A stretch of DNA of 64,000 nucleotides from Phoronis australis (Eukaryota; Animalia; Phoronida): NCBI GenBank assembly GCA_002633005.1, contig NMRA01000074.1, positions 897,097-961,096 of the forward strand, written 5' to 3'. The stretch's first letter is position 1; the number at the start of each line of letters is the position of its first letter. Below are positions 1 through 12,800 of the stretch, piece by piece. The position numbers and the translations under genes are program-made. The notes below the pieces were generated by a model that had not been told where the DNA came from, searched no databases, and worked only from the letters and a program-made list of their open reading frames with translations.

Positions 1-2291
1 CTTGGGAGCAGTTGGATGGATTCGATAACTGCTGTGGTTTCTAATGGCAAGTTTTTCTTTGTTTCTTTGGAGTTCTCCGATGAAATTTTCTCAAATTCAG
101 CAAATAAATTTGAGAGACGACAATGCCTTCCCATGTTTGGATGGGTTAAAGGTATTCTGAGTCATTTAATTGCTATTTTATGATACTATTAAAAATGCGT
201 AGACGCATACCGTTTGCAATGCAGTTGTAAGCACGTTTCGACTCTATACGTACTTTGCTTTTGTTATGAAATGTGGCAAGTACGTTTCTGTTAAAGAGGC
301 AACAACTTGTTCCAGTTTTTCTCATAGACCTGACTTAATGCACGCCTCCTAGTGACCACTCTTATTATAGTTAGTCTGTTTATGACATATTTCGCTCTAT
401 CCAGCACCCTAGAAATTGATACTGGGAGGGGTATGACTGACCATTATTTTTTGACAGTTTTAACTAGTGTAACACCCTTGTGATCAGTCTTGACTGTGGA
501 TGATTACCACAGTACTTTGCCTTGCTTTTTTACCATCTTCGCAATTGTGCTTATTTAGGTCTGGAGACTATTGCAGGTTAACTGTCATGCAACCCTTATA
601 GACTATTTTAAGTTCACTAGCATTGCTCCCTGTAGTGTGAATGTTTGAAATGGTAGTTCCTTGTTATCTTCAATATATGCCACGCTCACAATGGGTACCT
701 GTCAAGGCTCTGCATTCCTGTTTTGTTTGTGGAAACCTCTGGCTGAAATTAGATGGGAAATTGACATTAAACCAACTATCCTACTGATCGTACTGTTGTT
801 TTTAATATGCATATTGTATGAGTACATGATAATTGCACAAACCTGTTGGTCAACTGTAACAATATTTCCAACATTTAGCATAACAAGCAAAACTCATTAA
901 TATATTTTGTGGGTTAAGTTTGGTAGCAATTAAGAAGAAATTGTCTTGGGTTTCAGTTAAATTGCAGCTACAGCAAAGACAATGTATATACACGATGGTA
1001 TCATTTGTGGACATACTACCAGTTACCAAGTCTTTATGTAATCTACATTGTATATGCTAACATGAAGCTAAATGTTGCCACATAGTGCTGTCATCTCATT
1101 CTACTCGGTGGGTTCCACGCAGACTGAAATGCACAACTGTATCCCATTAAATTGGCATAGAATGTAAAAAACTAATCCGCATTTAGTCAAAGTTGTTATC
1201 TGTGACTGAAACAGAAGTCAAACTGTTCATCAGGTATTTTGAGGGTTTGGTAAAGATTTTGAATTTCTGTCGATGTCGAAGCATTTTCCTTTAGTTTTGA
1301 ATTTCATCATAAAAACAATCTGTAAACTGCTTGTCACTTCATCTATTTTACTTCCACGAAGCAAAGCATGTCTCCTTATTTGGTATGACAAACAAAGATG
1401 TATCACATTTCCCTGATATGAAAAATGTGACCTTTGACTTCTATGCACTTGGGAAATATTTACTGGGTAATTCTTTGAGGGGCATGCGCGCAAGTATATT
1501 TATTAGGGGCAGATAATTTGAATGCTGTAGTGGGATGAAAGAGTTCCTATTATGGCAGCTGTGTTTCAAAGATGGTGAATCTGAAGAAATTTTCTAGAAA
1601 TTCTTGCAATATTGAAAGTGAATAACTCTCATGTTTATAGTTCTATGTATACCACTTTCAACTATGTACTGTCTACAATCCAGACATGATGCTTCCCGAT
1701 TTTTGGGTTTGTCATCATTTTCCTTGTACGTTGAATTCTGTGTATTCTTCAACAAATGAATATCACCTAAAAATAACTGTCATGCAAGCATCCCAAAGAA
1801 GTACATTTGCCACAATCTGTTTAAAGAGTATTTTTATGAATTTTCGCATTCCACGGCTTTTTTACTTAGGCCTTATATATTATTCATATAATTTCGCTAC
1901 TTCTTGCTTACTTGAATTATTGGCTGATCTGCATTTTTGGGCAGAGTCGACTACCTCTGTGTCTCCAATCACTATTTTAATGACTATAAATCACCAGTTG
2001 AACATAATTTTTGCTAGCTTTAGTAATCTATGAAGGATAAAGGGTTTTTATCCTTAAATAAATGCTGAGTTAAATGTTGTACTACCTGCTGAGATGGCAC
2101 AAATTGCTAACAGGCGGCACAGTGTTCTGGTGGGATAAAGTGGTGATAAAATTATCAATTGAAATTTATATTATATATTATTTTTGTTAAAATTGTAAAA
2201 GCCCAAGAATGAAGTTCGAAACTAGCGATGTAGTTATTTAAATTATAGTGATTTTACTTTATGGTGACAGTTTCTTATTAATTTTTTTCAG

Positions 2292-2568
2292 GTATGACCT
2301 CATGTCCATATTGACTTTGGTCAATAAAGACATTGCCAGCGGCAAAGCTAAGCTGAATTTAGAGCCTATTCCGTATGGACAGGTGCCTGCCCCTCTACAC
2401 ACTTTGAGAAAGAAAGTGATCTTCAGGGAACCTGTTGTCAGCTGTGTGCTACAGGAAACTGCAGAGCATGACAGCCGTGTGCGACAGACCGAGGTAGAAA
2501 ACGTCAGCCGTGTGCGACAGACCACTGTGGAAAACGTCAGTCATGTGCAACAAACAACAACGGAATGA
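2292..2568 (+). CDS. Probable 3'-terminal coding exon of an unidentified gene entering from the left; ends in ~3 imperfect 11-aa repeats (SRVRQTEVENV)
   Basis: Strong acceptor tttttttcag|G at 2291/2292 after an AT-rich intron-like tract. The frame YDLMSILTLVNKDIASGKAKLNLEPIPYGQVPAPLHTLRKKVIFREPV... stays open to TGA 2568 and is more GC-rich than its flanks. No family recognised. A phase-compatible 19-nt micro-exon at 1215-1233 is possible. Confidence 0.5.
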
Positions 2569-4716
2569 TAATTGCCGTACTTCTATGGACTGCAGTCTTG
2601 TTGTGTTGCTTGTACTGAGTGGTTATAAAACAAATTAACATCACTCAGTTTTAGTTTCAATTGATGGTTTGATGAATTTGACAGCATTTACATTTCAGTT
2701 GACTTTACATCTCTTTCAAGTTAGTGCTTTATTGTATCTTTAGTTACCAGCCAATAGTAAACGTTTTAGTAAATATTTTTGTAGCCTACACCCTTCGGGA
2801 GGTCTCCCTACAAAGGATGTTCAATAGGTGGTGCTAAAAAAGAAAGGCCACTCTTTCTGATGTTAAGAACAGAAGGCTGTGGGGACTTTCTTGTTATAAG
2901 TAAATATGGATCTGAGCAGTTAGGCTGCACCCATGGCCAATTTGCAGTGTCAGAATGTTAAAATCAAGGGGCTGGCTTGGGGACAATTTTGAGGTAGGCG
3001 TTGCATAGAATGTAGTTTGTTCGGATTTTATGAACATATTGAAAATGAGCAAAGACCACTTGCTCTGGTGTAGCTGCCATTGTGGCTATTGTGCATTTCA
3101 GGGTAGCAACTTAGAAACCGGGTGCAATTTCAGGAAACTGCCACAAATCCAGAATTGCAAACTTTGTTGATTGGCAGTATTTTTGGTCACATTTTTGATG
3201 TGTATGAAATTTGCTTTAAGAATCTAATGATGGCCTCAAAATAGAGAAAAATCAAGCCAAGTACTGGAACATGCTTACTTGATTTAGACAAGTGAAGTTG
3301 CATCCGTGTTTGACGGACATCAGCTTGTGGTGTCACCATCGATTTGGCCAATAGGTGGCGCTTTGATCAGACTACTGGGCATCAGGTCACTGGACACTAT
3401 TCCATTCAAATGTGACAAAAAGTGGATGTCTCAAAACTTTCACAGCCTGTAGTGTTAGCTTATTGGGTGCCTCCGCAAGGAATTTGGGGTTTTGTGGAGG
3501 AAACTGTCGATTTTGTAGTTTTACCCCTTGTTACTCGCCTACATTGCTGAACACTAGTCAAAGGGTCAAAAATACAAGAGATAAAGTTTCTGTGCTCATT
3601 TGTTGGGCTTGTGATGTGAAATGACTCAAAACCCTTTATTCTGTGCATACAACTTGGGTAGAGTGAAGAAAGAGTGACCAGTTCATTGATATGTGTCCTG
3701 ATAGGCAAACCCCCAGTGAGAACTGTTGTTTGCCCGGAGGGCCCCTAATACTTGCAACACATAGTGATTTTGGAGTTCGCTTAAGTTATGTTATCTGTTG
3801 AATTGAGAATATACGTCAGAAATGTGCGTGGCAGTTATCCCTCTTACCAGTTACTCCTTTACAGTTAGGGTCAAGGCGTGACAGTTCTTCGTGACGCAGT
3901 TGTGCTGGTGGAGAATTGACATTTGCAAAGGGGTTCAATGAAAATCTTCCATAGTTTTGTGCTCGTGGACGCTGCTTTGTTCGAAGTCTACCCCAAAATA
4001 GAAACCAGACTTTGCAACGACTGGTGAAGGGTCAACCTCTCTGCCGTCTTATAGCGGTAAAGTTTTGGTAGATCAGCGTTACGGTAGTCACTGAGGACCA
4101 ACTCATAGCGCTCAGACTGGCGACTGGTTTACTTACGAAAGAGTGCCTTTTCTGTCAAAGCAGTACGAAAAGATGAAGTGTGCCAAAACGCCCCGCTAGA
4201 TTCACTCAACGGCGTTTCCAGCTTGTAGCCAATCGTGCGGCATAAAACTACTAGTACTAAGACTATGGGTTAGCCATGGTTATGAATCAACAAAATGTGA
4301 TGTTTCTTCGGGGAACAAAACTTCAGGCCTTGAAAAAAGCGATAAGTGAGAGCTTTGTACGAACTGGGTGCGTTTTTATTGTCTTTATTTACTTACAGTC
4401 AACTGAGCTGCTACCCAGGGTGTTGCAAAGGGTAGTCATACTGTACGTTCTCGAGTCTTGGCGTAGCATGACTGAGTGCATAACCTGCGAAGTGCCAGGT
4501 CTCGAGCTAACTATTATATGCTGTGGAGATCACATGTGACATTTGAATTGTTTACGTACGTATAGATATCCGGAGCATGTGTAGTAGGTAATATTGCTGG
4601 AAAGAGTGCACTACTGTAGCTGTCTCTCACCGCTAGAAAAAAATCTAGCCAAAATCACGCTGTTCTCATTTAAAATATACGGCAATATCTCACGGAATCT
4701 TGCGAAGTCGTGGCTT

Positions 4717-7700
4717 TTTATGAGCCCACATACATGTATTTACAATGTATGCATGTATGTGGCTGCATTATGCTCGTCATCCTCGTCCGTCCGTCAGGCG
4801 TCTCTATCTCCAGGCGTTTGACGTATGTACATGAAATTTTGCACACTGTTTTCCTTTCATGGTTGACAGGTACCGGCAGCAGGAACAAACTTTCGGACGG
4901 ATCCGACTACCAGTATGCCCTCTACTGGCAATTTCAGGTTTTTTTACGTTTGCCTCTGTATGGCTTCAAAGGTCTCAACGAATTTTCATGAAATTTGGCA
5001 TACATGTAAGCATATATCGGTGACTAGATGATGCTATCCACCCGTTTTCGGATGAATTCGAAATAGTTTGCGCCTCCTAATGGCCATTTTTACTGTTTCC
5101 CAGTATTTTGGCGTCCGCCACCTCTTATATCAACCAGCCTGCTATAAAGATTATTGTGAAACTTGGAATTTGTATGTATGTTCTCACTACGATCAGAGGA
5201 CGGTTGACGATGATTTTCTAAGGACGTCGGCTTATGTGGCACCTCCTAATGGCAGTTTTGTTTTGTTTTGCGCCCATGGCTATCTTCTAACCTCTCCAGG
5301 CTCTTTTCTAAATTTGAGTAAGGATATTTATATGAAGTTCACAACAGACAACAGCAAATTTCGGATGGAGCGGACTCCCGGTGTGCCCCCTAGTGGCAAT
5401 TTTACTTTCTACGTTTACTCAATGTATTATGCGCCCACATATTTATGTGTGGACGCATTAGCGAAATCTCCGTCCGTCCGTCCGGCGTCCATCCGGCGTC
5501 CGCTGCTCCAAAACCCTTTGACATACGTTCATGAACTTTGGCACATATGTTCCATTCATGAATGGGACGGCATGAGCGAACTTTCGAACGTATCCGACTA
5601 CCGGTGTGCCCCCTAGTGGCAATTTAAATGTTCACGCTTACCTTTGTATCTTCACTGAAAAGTCCTGAACGGATTTTCATGAAATTTGGTATGTAGGCAC
5701 CTATTAGTGAGATGATGCTATCATCCCGTTTTCGGATGGGTTCGGCGTAGTTTTCGCCTCCAAGTGGCAGTTTTAGGTTTTTTGCGGCTATGGCTGTATC
5801 TCCTAAACCGTTCGCAGGATCTTTGGTAACAATATTTATATTATGTTAACAACAGACGATGACGAATTTTGGACGGATCCGACTACCGGTGTGCCCGCTA
5901 GAGGCAATTTTATTTTTCTTATTTTTTTACGTTTACCCTTGTATCTTCAAAAGTCCTCAACAGATTTTCATGAAATTTGATATTATGGCACCTATTAGTT
6001 AGATGACGCTATCCTCCCGTCTTCGGGTGGATTCGACGTAGTTTGCGCCACCGAGTGGCCATTTTTACTGTTTTCAAGTCTGTTTTTTGCGTCCACCCCT
6101 CTATCAACCAAACGGCTCGAAGGATGATTGTGAAAATTGACATGTTTGTGCTTACTATAAAGAGGACAATTGACAATGATTTTCCGGCGATTTCGACTAC
6201 TGTGGCGCCTCCTAGTGGCAATTTTGTTTTTATTGCGCCTAGATGGCTGTATCTTCTTAACTGTTCGCAGGATCTTTACTTAATTTAGCAAGTGTATTTA
6301 TGTAATGTTGACTGTGGATGATGACGATTTTCAGACAGATCTGACTACTGTTGCGTCCCCTAGTGGCAATTTTATTTTTTTACGTTTAACTCAGTATCTT
6401 CAAAGGTTCTCAACAAATTTTCATAAAATTTTAAATATAGACATCTATTGGTGTCATGATGCTATCTGCCTGTTTTTGAATGGAATCGAGGTATTTTGCA
6501 CCACCTAGTGGCCACTTTTGCTATTTTAAATTCTTGTTTTGGTGTCCATCCCTGTATCAACCAAATCATTTGAAAATTGGCATATATAATCTCAGTGTGA
6601 AGACGACCTTTGATGATGGTGACTGATTACTGTGGCGCCTCCTAGTGGTAGTTTTGTTTTGCGCCCATAGTTGTTTATCTTCAACCCATTGCAGGATCTT
6701 TACTAAATTTAGTATGTGTATTTATATGAAGATAACAACGACGACGACTTTCAGGCGAATCCATCGGACACTGTGCCCACTACTGGCAATTTCATTTTAT
6801 TCTGTTTTCCTTTGTTTCTCTGAAGTTCCTTGACCGATTTTTATGAAATGTGGCATGTTCCTGTTCTTGGATGGATTGTATGTTTTGCGCCATTTAGTTT
6901 CCATTTTTATGATACAAATAAATAACCCTAAAAGCACACCATTTGCAATGCATTCGTAGGCGCATTTCAACGCTCCGCGTTGCTCTTGTATAAAAGTTGG
7001 AATATAGGCTTCTATATTGGTAAGATGACGCTATCCTTCCGTTTTTGGATAGATTCGAGATATTTTACGCCACCTTGTTGCTATTTTTACTGTTCTTAAG
7101 TCTGTTTTTTTGACATCCGCCCCTCTATCAACCGAACCATTCTTAGGATGAGTTTGAATACTGGCGNNNNNNNNNNNNNNNNNNNNNNGGATGATTGTGA
7201 AAATTGACATGTTTGTGCTTACTATAAAGAGGACAATTGACAATGATTTTCCGGCGATTTCGACTACTGTGGCGCCTCCTAGTGGCAATTTTGTTTTTAT
7301 TGCGCCTAGATGGCTGTATCTTCTTAACTGTTCGCAGGATCTTTACTTAATTTAGTAAGTGTATTTATGTAATGTTGACTGTGGATGATGACGATTTTCA
7401 GACAGATCTGACTACTGTTGTGTCCCCTAGTGGCAATTTTATTTTTTTACGTTTAACTCAGTATCTTCAAAGGTTCTCAACAAATTTTCATAAAATTTTA
7501 AATATAGGCATCTATTGGTGTCATGATGCTATCTGCCTGTTTTTGAATGGAATCGAGGTATTTTGCACCACCTAGTGGCCACTTTTGCTATTTTAAATTC
7601 TTGTTTTGGTGTCCATCCCTGTATCAACCAAATCATTTGAAAATTGGCATATAAAATCTCAGTGTGAAGACGACCTTTGATGATGGTGACTGATTACTGT

Positions 7701-8650
7701 GGCGCCTCCTAGTGGTAGTTTTGTTTTGCGCCCATAGTTGTTTATCTTCAACCCATTGCAGGATCTTTACTAAATTTAGTATTTGTATTTATATGAAGAT
7801 AACAACGACGACGACTTTCAGGCGAATCCATCGGACACTGTGCCCACTACTGGCAATTTCATTTTATTCTGTTTTCCTTTGTTTCTCTGAAGTTCCTTGA
7901 CCGATTTTTATGAAATGTGGCATGTTCCTGTTCTTGGATGGATTGTATGTTTTGCGCCATTTAGTTTCCATTTTTTTGATACAAATAAATAACCCTAAAA
8001 GCACACCATTTGCAATGCATTCGTAGGCGCATTTCAACGCTCCGCGTTGCTCTTGTATAAAAGTTGGAATATAGGCTTCTATATTGGTAAGATGACGCTA
8101 TCCTTCCGTTTTTGGATAGATTCGAGATATTTTACGCCACCTTGTTGCTATTTTTACTGTTCTTAAGTCTGTTTTTTTGACATCCGCCCCTCTATCAACC
8201 GAACCATTCTTAGGATGAGTTTGAATACTGGCGTATATGTTATCAGGGTGAAGCGGACGGTTGACGATGACGACTTCGACTACTATGAAGCCTCCTATTG
8301 TCAGATTAGTTTTGTTTTCCGCCCATAGCTGTATCTAATTCCTAAGCCCACTGCAGGATCTTTGTTGAATTTAGTAAGTGTATTTTTACGAAGTTGAACA
8401 CAGATGACGACGACTTTCAGATGGATTCTACAAACTCTGTGCCCCAAGTTGCAATTTTATTTTTTTGTTTCTCTGAAATTTGTTAAATAGCTCTGTGTTA
8501 AAAAACTATGGCGTGTTCGATGTTTCAGATGGCGCCGGGATTCCACGTATTTTGCGCCGTATAGTGGTCATTTTTATGATACAAATAAGCATACCGTTTG
8601 TGGTGTATTAGTCCACGGTGGACTAAGTCAACGCTCCGCGTTGCTCTAGT
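4717..8650 (+). mobile_element. Nested non-autonomous Helentron/DINE-1 (HINE)-like elements with degenerate ~110-220-bp central repeats
   Basis: 5' ends TTATGAGCCCAC (4718) and TTATGCGCCCAC (5427) are each followed by a partial inverted repeat and a (CCGT)n microsatellite. The 3' subterminal IR GTAGGCGCAT (6956-6965) is followed by hairpin CAACGC-TCC-GCGTTG and CTCTTGT ending at 6989. The same end recurs at 8056 and, as CTCTAGT, at 8650. This layout matches DINE-1/HINE elements. Confidence 0.7.
6122..8233. repeat. 1045-bp near-identical direct duplication (6122-7166 vs 7189-8233) separated by a 22-N gap
   Basis: The offset is exactly 1067 throughout, with only about six substitutions. Copy 1 ends and copy 2 begins exactly at the N gap. 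Confidence 0.9.
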
Positions 8651-9679
8651 CAGTGAGGTTACTGAACTCTACCCAGGTGCCTTATAGGATCGAACAGGGG
8701 AACGTGCGTTAGAACACCATACGTGTATGACATCTAAAACGGGGCTGGGCTCATGCAATAACCCCTCCACTGAAGAGACGACTGTTTTCACTTACTGGAA
8801 CACTGAGTTGATGATAGTTGTCAGGTCAATGTTGTGCCGTGCATGCAGATGATGGCCACTAGTCCACACTGACGCAATGGTGCGATTAAGGGCCGGTTTG
8901 TAAAGGTCTGGATTTTAGTTTTGTCACTTTTACCAGGTCATGCTTGCACTGAGAGGATTCCAAAAGAAGATTGTGGTGGTAAATAACTATAGTCATGAAA
9001 TACAATGACGCTATCGTAAAGCCATCAAAGCTGTGTCCGACCTTTAGCAATTAATTGTGCTGGCCCGCCGGGCCAGTTACTTGAATATAAGATATCCACA
9101 TAGAGCCTACATGTGAAAGTTTGCAGGCTCTACCCCAAATCCATTGGCCTCCGGGGCAGGGTGAATTTTCGAATGCTGTATCGAAGACCAACAATTGGGT
9201 TTGCCTAAGTTGTCTGCTTTTCTAGGTTTTCCATAAGTATCAATCAAATTAACTTCCAAATGGTTAGCCCAAACATGTGACATATACATGTAATAACGTT
9301 TTTTTCTCTGAGAATTAAGTGTTTTTTTTTGTTTTTTTGTTTTTTTTTTTAATTACCGTTTAGACGCACTTGTCTAGGCTCATGCATTTCAGGTGCACCC
9401 CCTTTAAACACAGAACTAAATTAATCAGTAGGGGAACAATTTCTCGGAAATAAGGGGGGTGGGGGAGAATACTGGGACTTCTGCGTGGCTGCCGGGAGAC
9501 GTGTATGCTTTGAGTAGCTATTTCAACACTCGATATAAGTTTCTGGGTAAAGCAGGCAGAAGTAAGGGGTAAAAAACAAACAAGTGGTCGTGATGACACT
9601 AGTTTTACAGATCAACTTGTCACAATTTTGCACTATTAATTGTGGAGCTTCGTGTTTTTCACGTGGTCTTTCATGTTAA

Positions 9680-9855
9680 TCAAGGACATAGTGTGTCCAT
9701 ATTCTTAGTGTTACAATTGTCGCCATCACAGAACCACCATTTTACAGTCTCCTGTCGAAAGCTCTGTGCTTCGCAGTTCTTTCCGGTGTTCACGAGAAGC
9801 AAAGGGAATTCGGTCGTGCACCCACGATACAAATATCTTCCACCTTCTAAGTCAT
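9680..9855 (-). CDS. Secreted protein exon 5 (C-terminal half of LU domain)
   Basis: Acceptor gattttcag|AT; encodes ...YRGC...C...WWFCDGDNCN...LCP*. The RGC and CxxDxCN motifs are LU-domain hallmarks. Confidence 0.85.
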
Positions 9856-12800
9856 CTGAAAATCAATTGCAGTATGATTACAAAACTGCTAGCCTGTTTT
9901 GTGTTGAAACTTCGCCATGCAGTTATCTAGAACGACTTGCACTTGAATGCACTTGTTTGTTGCCTGTGGAACCAAACAGGACAGTATATAGACTGAACCT
10001 AAGCGGACACACTCCACCACTGAAATTGTCTGGCATACAAATACTGCGCCACGTGGCTGATGCTGTATGCTATATGGTTGGTTTCAACCGGTTACCTGAT
10101 GGGTTGGGCTAGCTCAACACGTAGAGATTTGGGCGTTTCTGGCGGGGGTAATCCACCACTTTGTCTGGCTGTGTTCATTCAGGATACCTAATTGCCAGTT
10201 CACCAGCTCTTAGCCAGAGGTTACCTACGCAAAATGAAGTTTCATTATTCCAAAAATTTCACACCGAGTTTCACACACCCGCTTACCTTCCCGCACGAAG
10301 CAAAAGCCGTTACAGGTGGAAGATGTAATGGTGGCGCCCAGTGTGACGTTGCAGCAATTGGGATCTCCTCCTTCACCGTCAAGCTGGCAGTTACAAGAAT
10401 AGCACTTGCCCGCGGTGACTGAAAAGCAAAAATCCAGTGGAGTCGATCACGCAAGAATCGGTGATGGATGAAGGTATGCTGTAGGAGGACATCGTCGAAA
10501 TTCAACAAGATTTCGGCGCTCAAAACCGCGACTAAACTTTTACTTCTTTCCAATTAGAACCCCTTTTCGTTCAGGCTAAATCATGACAAAAACTCGAGAT
10601 GTGTTGGTCTGGTGCAACACTTCACTGTGCATGTCCATTCATAATAAACATTTTGGTGGATTGATGCAATAAATATAGATTATACCACAATATTAGCGTC
10701 AAATGGCAAATACAACAGCGTAATAACCCATTTAATTATCTCACTAGTGAGACATCATTTCGGCGGGAAACCGAGGCGTGGCACGTCCTGCAAAGGGCAT
10801 TGTACCGACATTTATACGCTATGAAAAATAAGACGCATAATTTCCATAAAAACGATATTTTAATTCAGTGAAAATTTGATCTCGTGTTCTCTCATTTGTA
10901 AATAACCGATGCTGGTATCGTGTCGTCGGGATCCTTTGACTTGAGCATTATACTCAGTTACTAGTGGTAACCTACTTCAGCAGACGATATTTTCCCGGTC
11001 GAAGCTTAGCGTGATAAAATGTGTAGTAAACTATAATAGTTGCTAAACCTTAATTTATAAATTCACTTTGTTTCTATTTTGTTTAAATTTTCAACTGGTT
11101 TTGAGTAAAAGCATCGTTTAACAAAAACACCTCGGCTTTTCTTAAAAGGTCACGACCTCCGACCTCGGGCCTCTGACATACATGTAGAAAGTAGTTACAA
11201 AGCCGAGGCGAGTCGGGAAAGGTATATCGATTCATTGCAATGTTTCTCGTTCAGTATGTGGTATAAATAGATTATTACATGTCTTCAGTCGTTACCCCCC
11301 CCCCTNCTCGTGGATTTTGGAGAATTATCGGCATTGTAACTAGCCTACTTGCTATGTCAGAAGCCCGTGTCGGAGGTCGAGACTTTGAACAGCGCGTTTC
11401 AATGCCGAAATTATTTTTTCGTTGTACTGAACAGTAAAATAGATGCGAGAATTTCCCGTCACAATATACTAACCGAAAACTGAAATCTGAAATTGGTAAT
11501 TTATGAGAGTGTCGCCTCCTCTAGGATTGTACGCAAGGAAATGTCGGAGTTGCGAATCTGTTGTCTATAATCTATGAAATAACTAAATTGGTTACTGAAC
11601 GGTTGTATTGGCCATGATGTTCTGATAATGTGGTTTTACGTGTGTTAAATTCTGATATACGTTCGACAACTAAAACGCCATTTTTATTTGACAAAATTTT
11701 GGCGAATTCTGATTGTCATTAATTCTGACAATACGTTTATCCAAGTTTGGCAGAGTTCCGTTTTTGTATGTTTAGTTTATTTTGAAAACTTTAAGATGTC
11801 AGTACAATGAGACTATAAATTACATGAGTTGCATTCATTGATATTTGATTCAGCAGGTGTCAGTATTCAATCATTGTATGTTCTCCAATATTGCGAGAAC
11901 TTAATTACAGTAGAAATTTCTTCTAAAAATCCAAGAAATTAACCATTAAACTGCAGAAGTTTTCAAAATTCGATGTAGACATAATGTGACCCTGCTGTGA
12001 CGATTAGCCAAGTTACGTAATCAAATATTATATCAAACCCATCATATCATGCTAGAATTCAGTTACCAACAATTTTAGTATGATATTTTAAGTATTTCTT
12101 CTTCACTATGTGTAATTTCAATCAAGAAATAAACACAAAATTCAAATATAAAGTTTTTGTGTGACGTCATCTCCGACATTGTGTTGTTCTACACCAGCTG
12201 ATAGCACTAGTGGTCTCGAAAACTGCTCGTCTGAATATTATGAAAAGTCAGGTTGCATGTGGGGAGGATGCTGTAATAGCAATGGGACGGACAAAATATC
12301 TCAGTTTTGGCGTTTCTAAAAAAAAAACAAGATCGCTCAGAAAATCAGAAATGAAACGGGTTCGTACGTCGGGGGGAGGGGGNGGGCGCTGTGCTCCGTG
12401 AGCCCAGTTTAAAGAATTGTGCATTGATCTGTCGGAGAAACGGAGAATTGATGTAGGTTTCAGCAATGTGTAACTGCATTTGATGGAGAGAAAGTATATT
12501 GTGTTGCAACAATGCTGGGAACAGTTGCATGAACATCAGCGTCAAATTGAGACCGAGACGATGAATGTGATTGCAGTAAGTTTCCATCAGTCTATTATTG
12601 TTAAAAATTTTGTGGGAATCCATGCTATTCACATATACATCATACCACTCAAATATTCAGAGATCACAACCGCAGCTGGCACAGGGGCTTGAGTCGGACG
12701 CTGGACCGAAATCAGTGGTCGACGATTGACAATGGTACAGAATAAGCCGTTGCGGGAGGATTGAGTTCGTTCTGTCTCAAACACGCAAAGTCTGCTGATT

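Noticed and set aside
4900-8570. CRISPR-like repeat-spacer array, and ORFs 5068-5616, 6043-6288, 6305-6508 and similar
   Set aside because: The intervening sequences are homologous to each other and lie within a DINE-1-like structure. The recurring PPSGNF peptides are just translations of the DNA motif.
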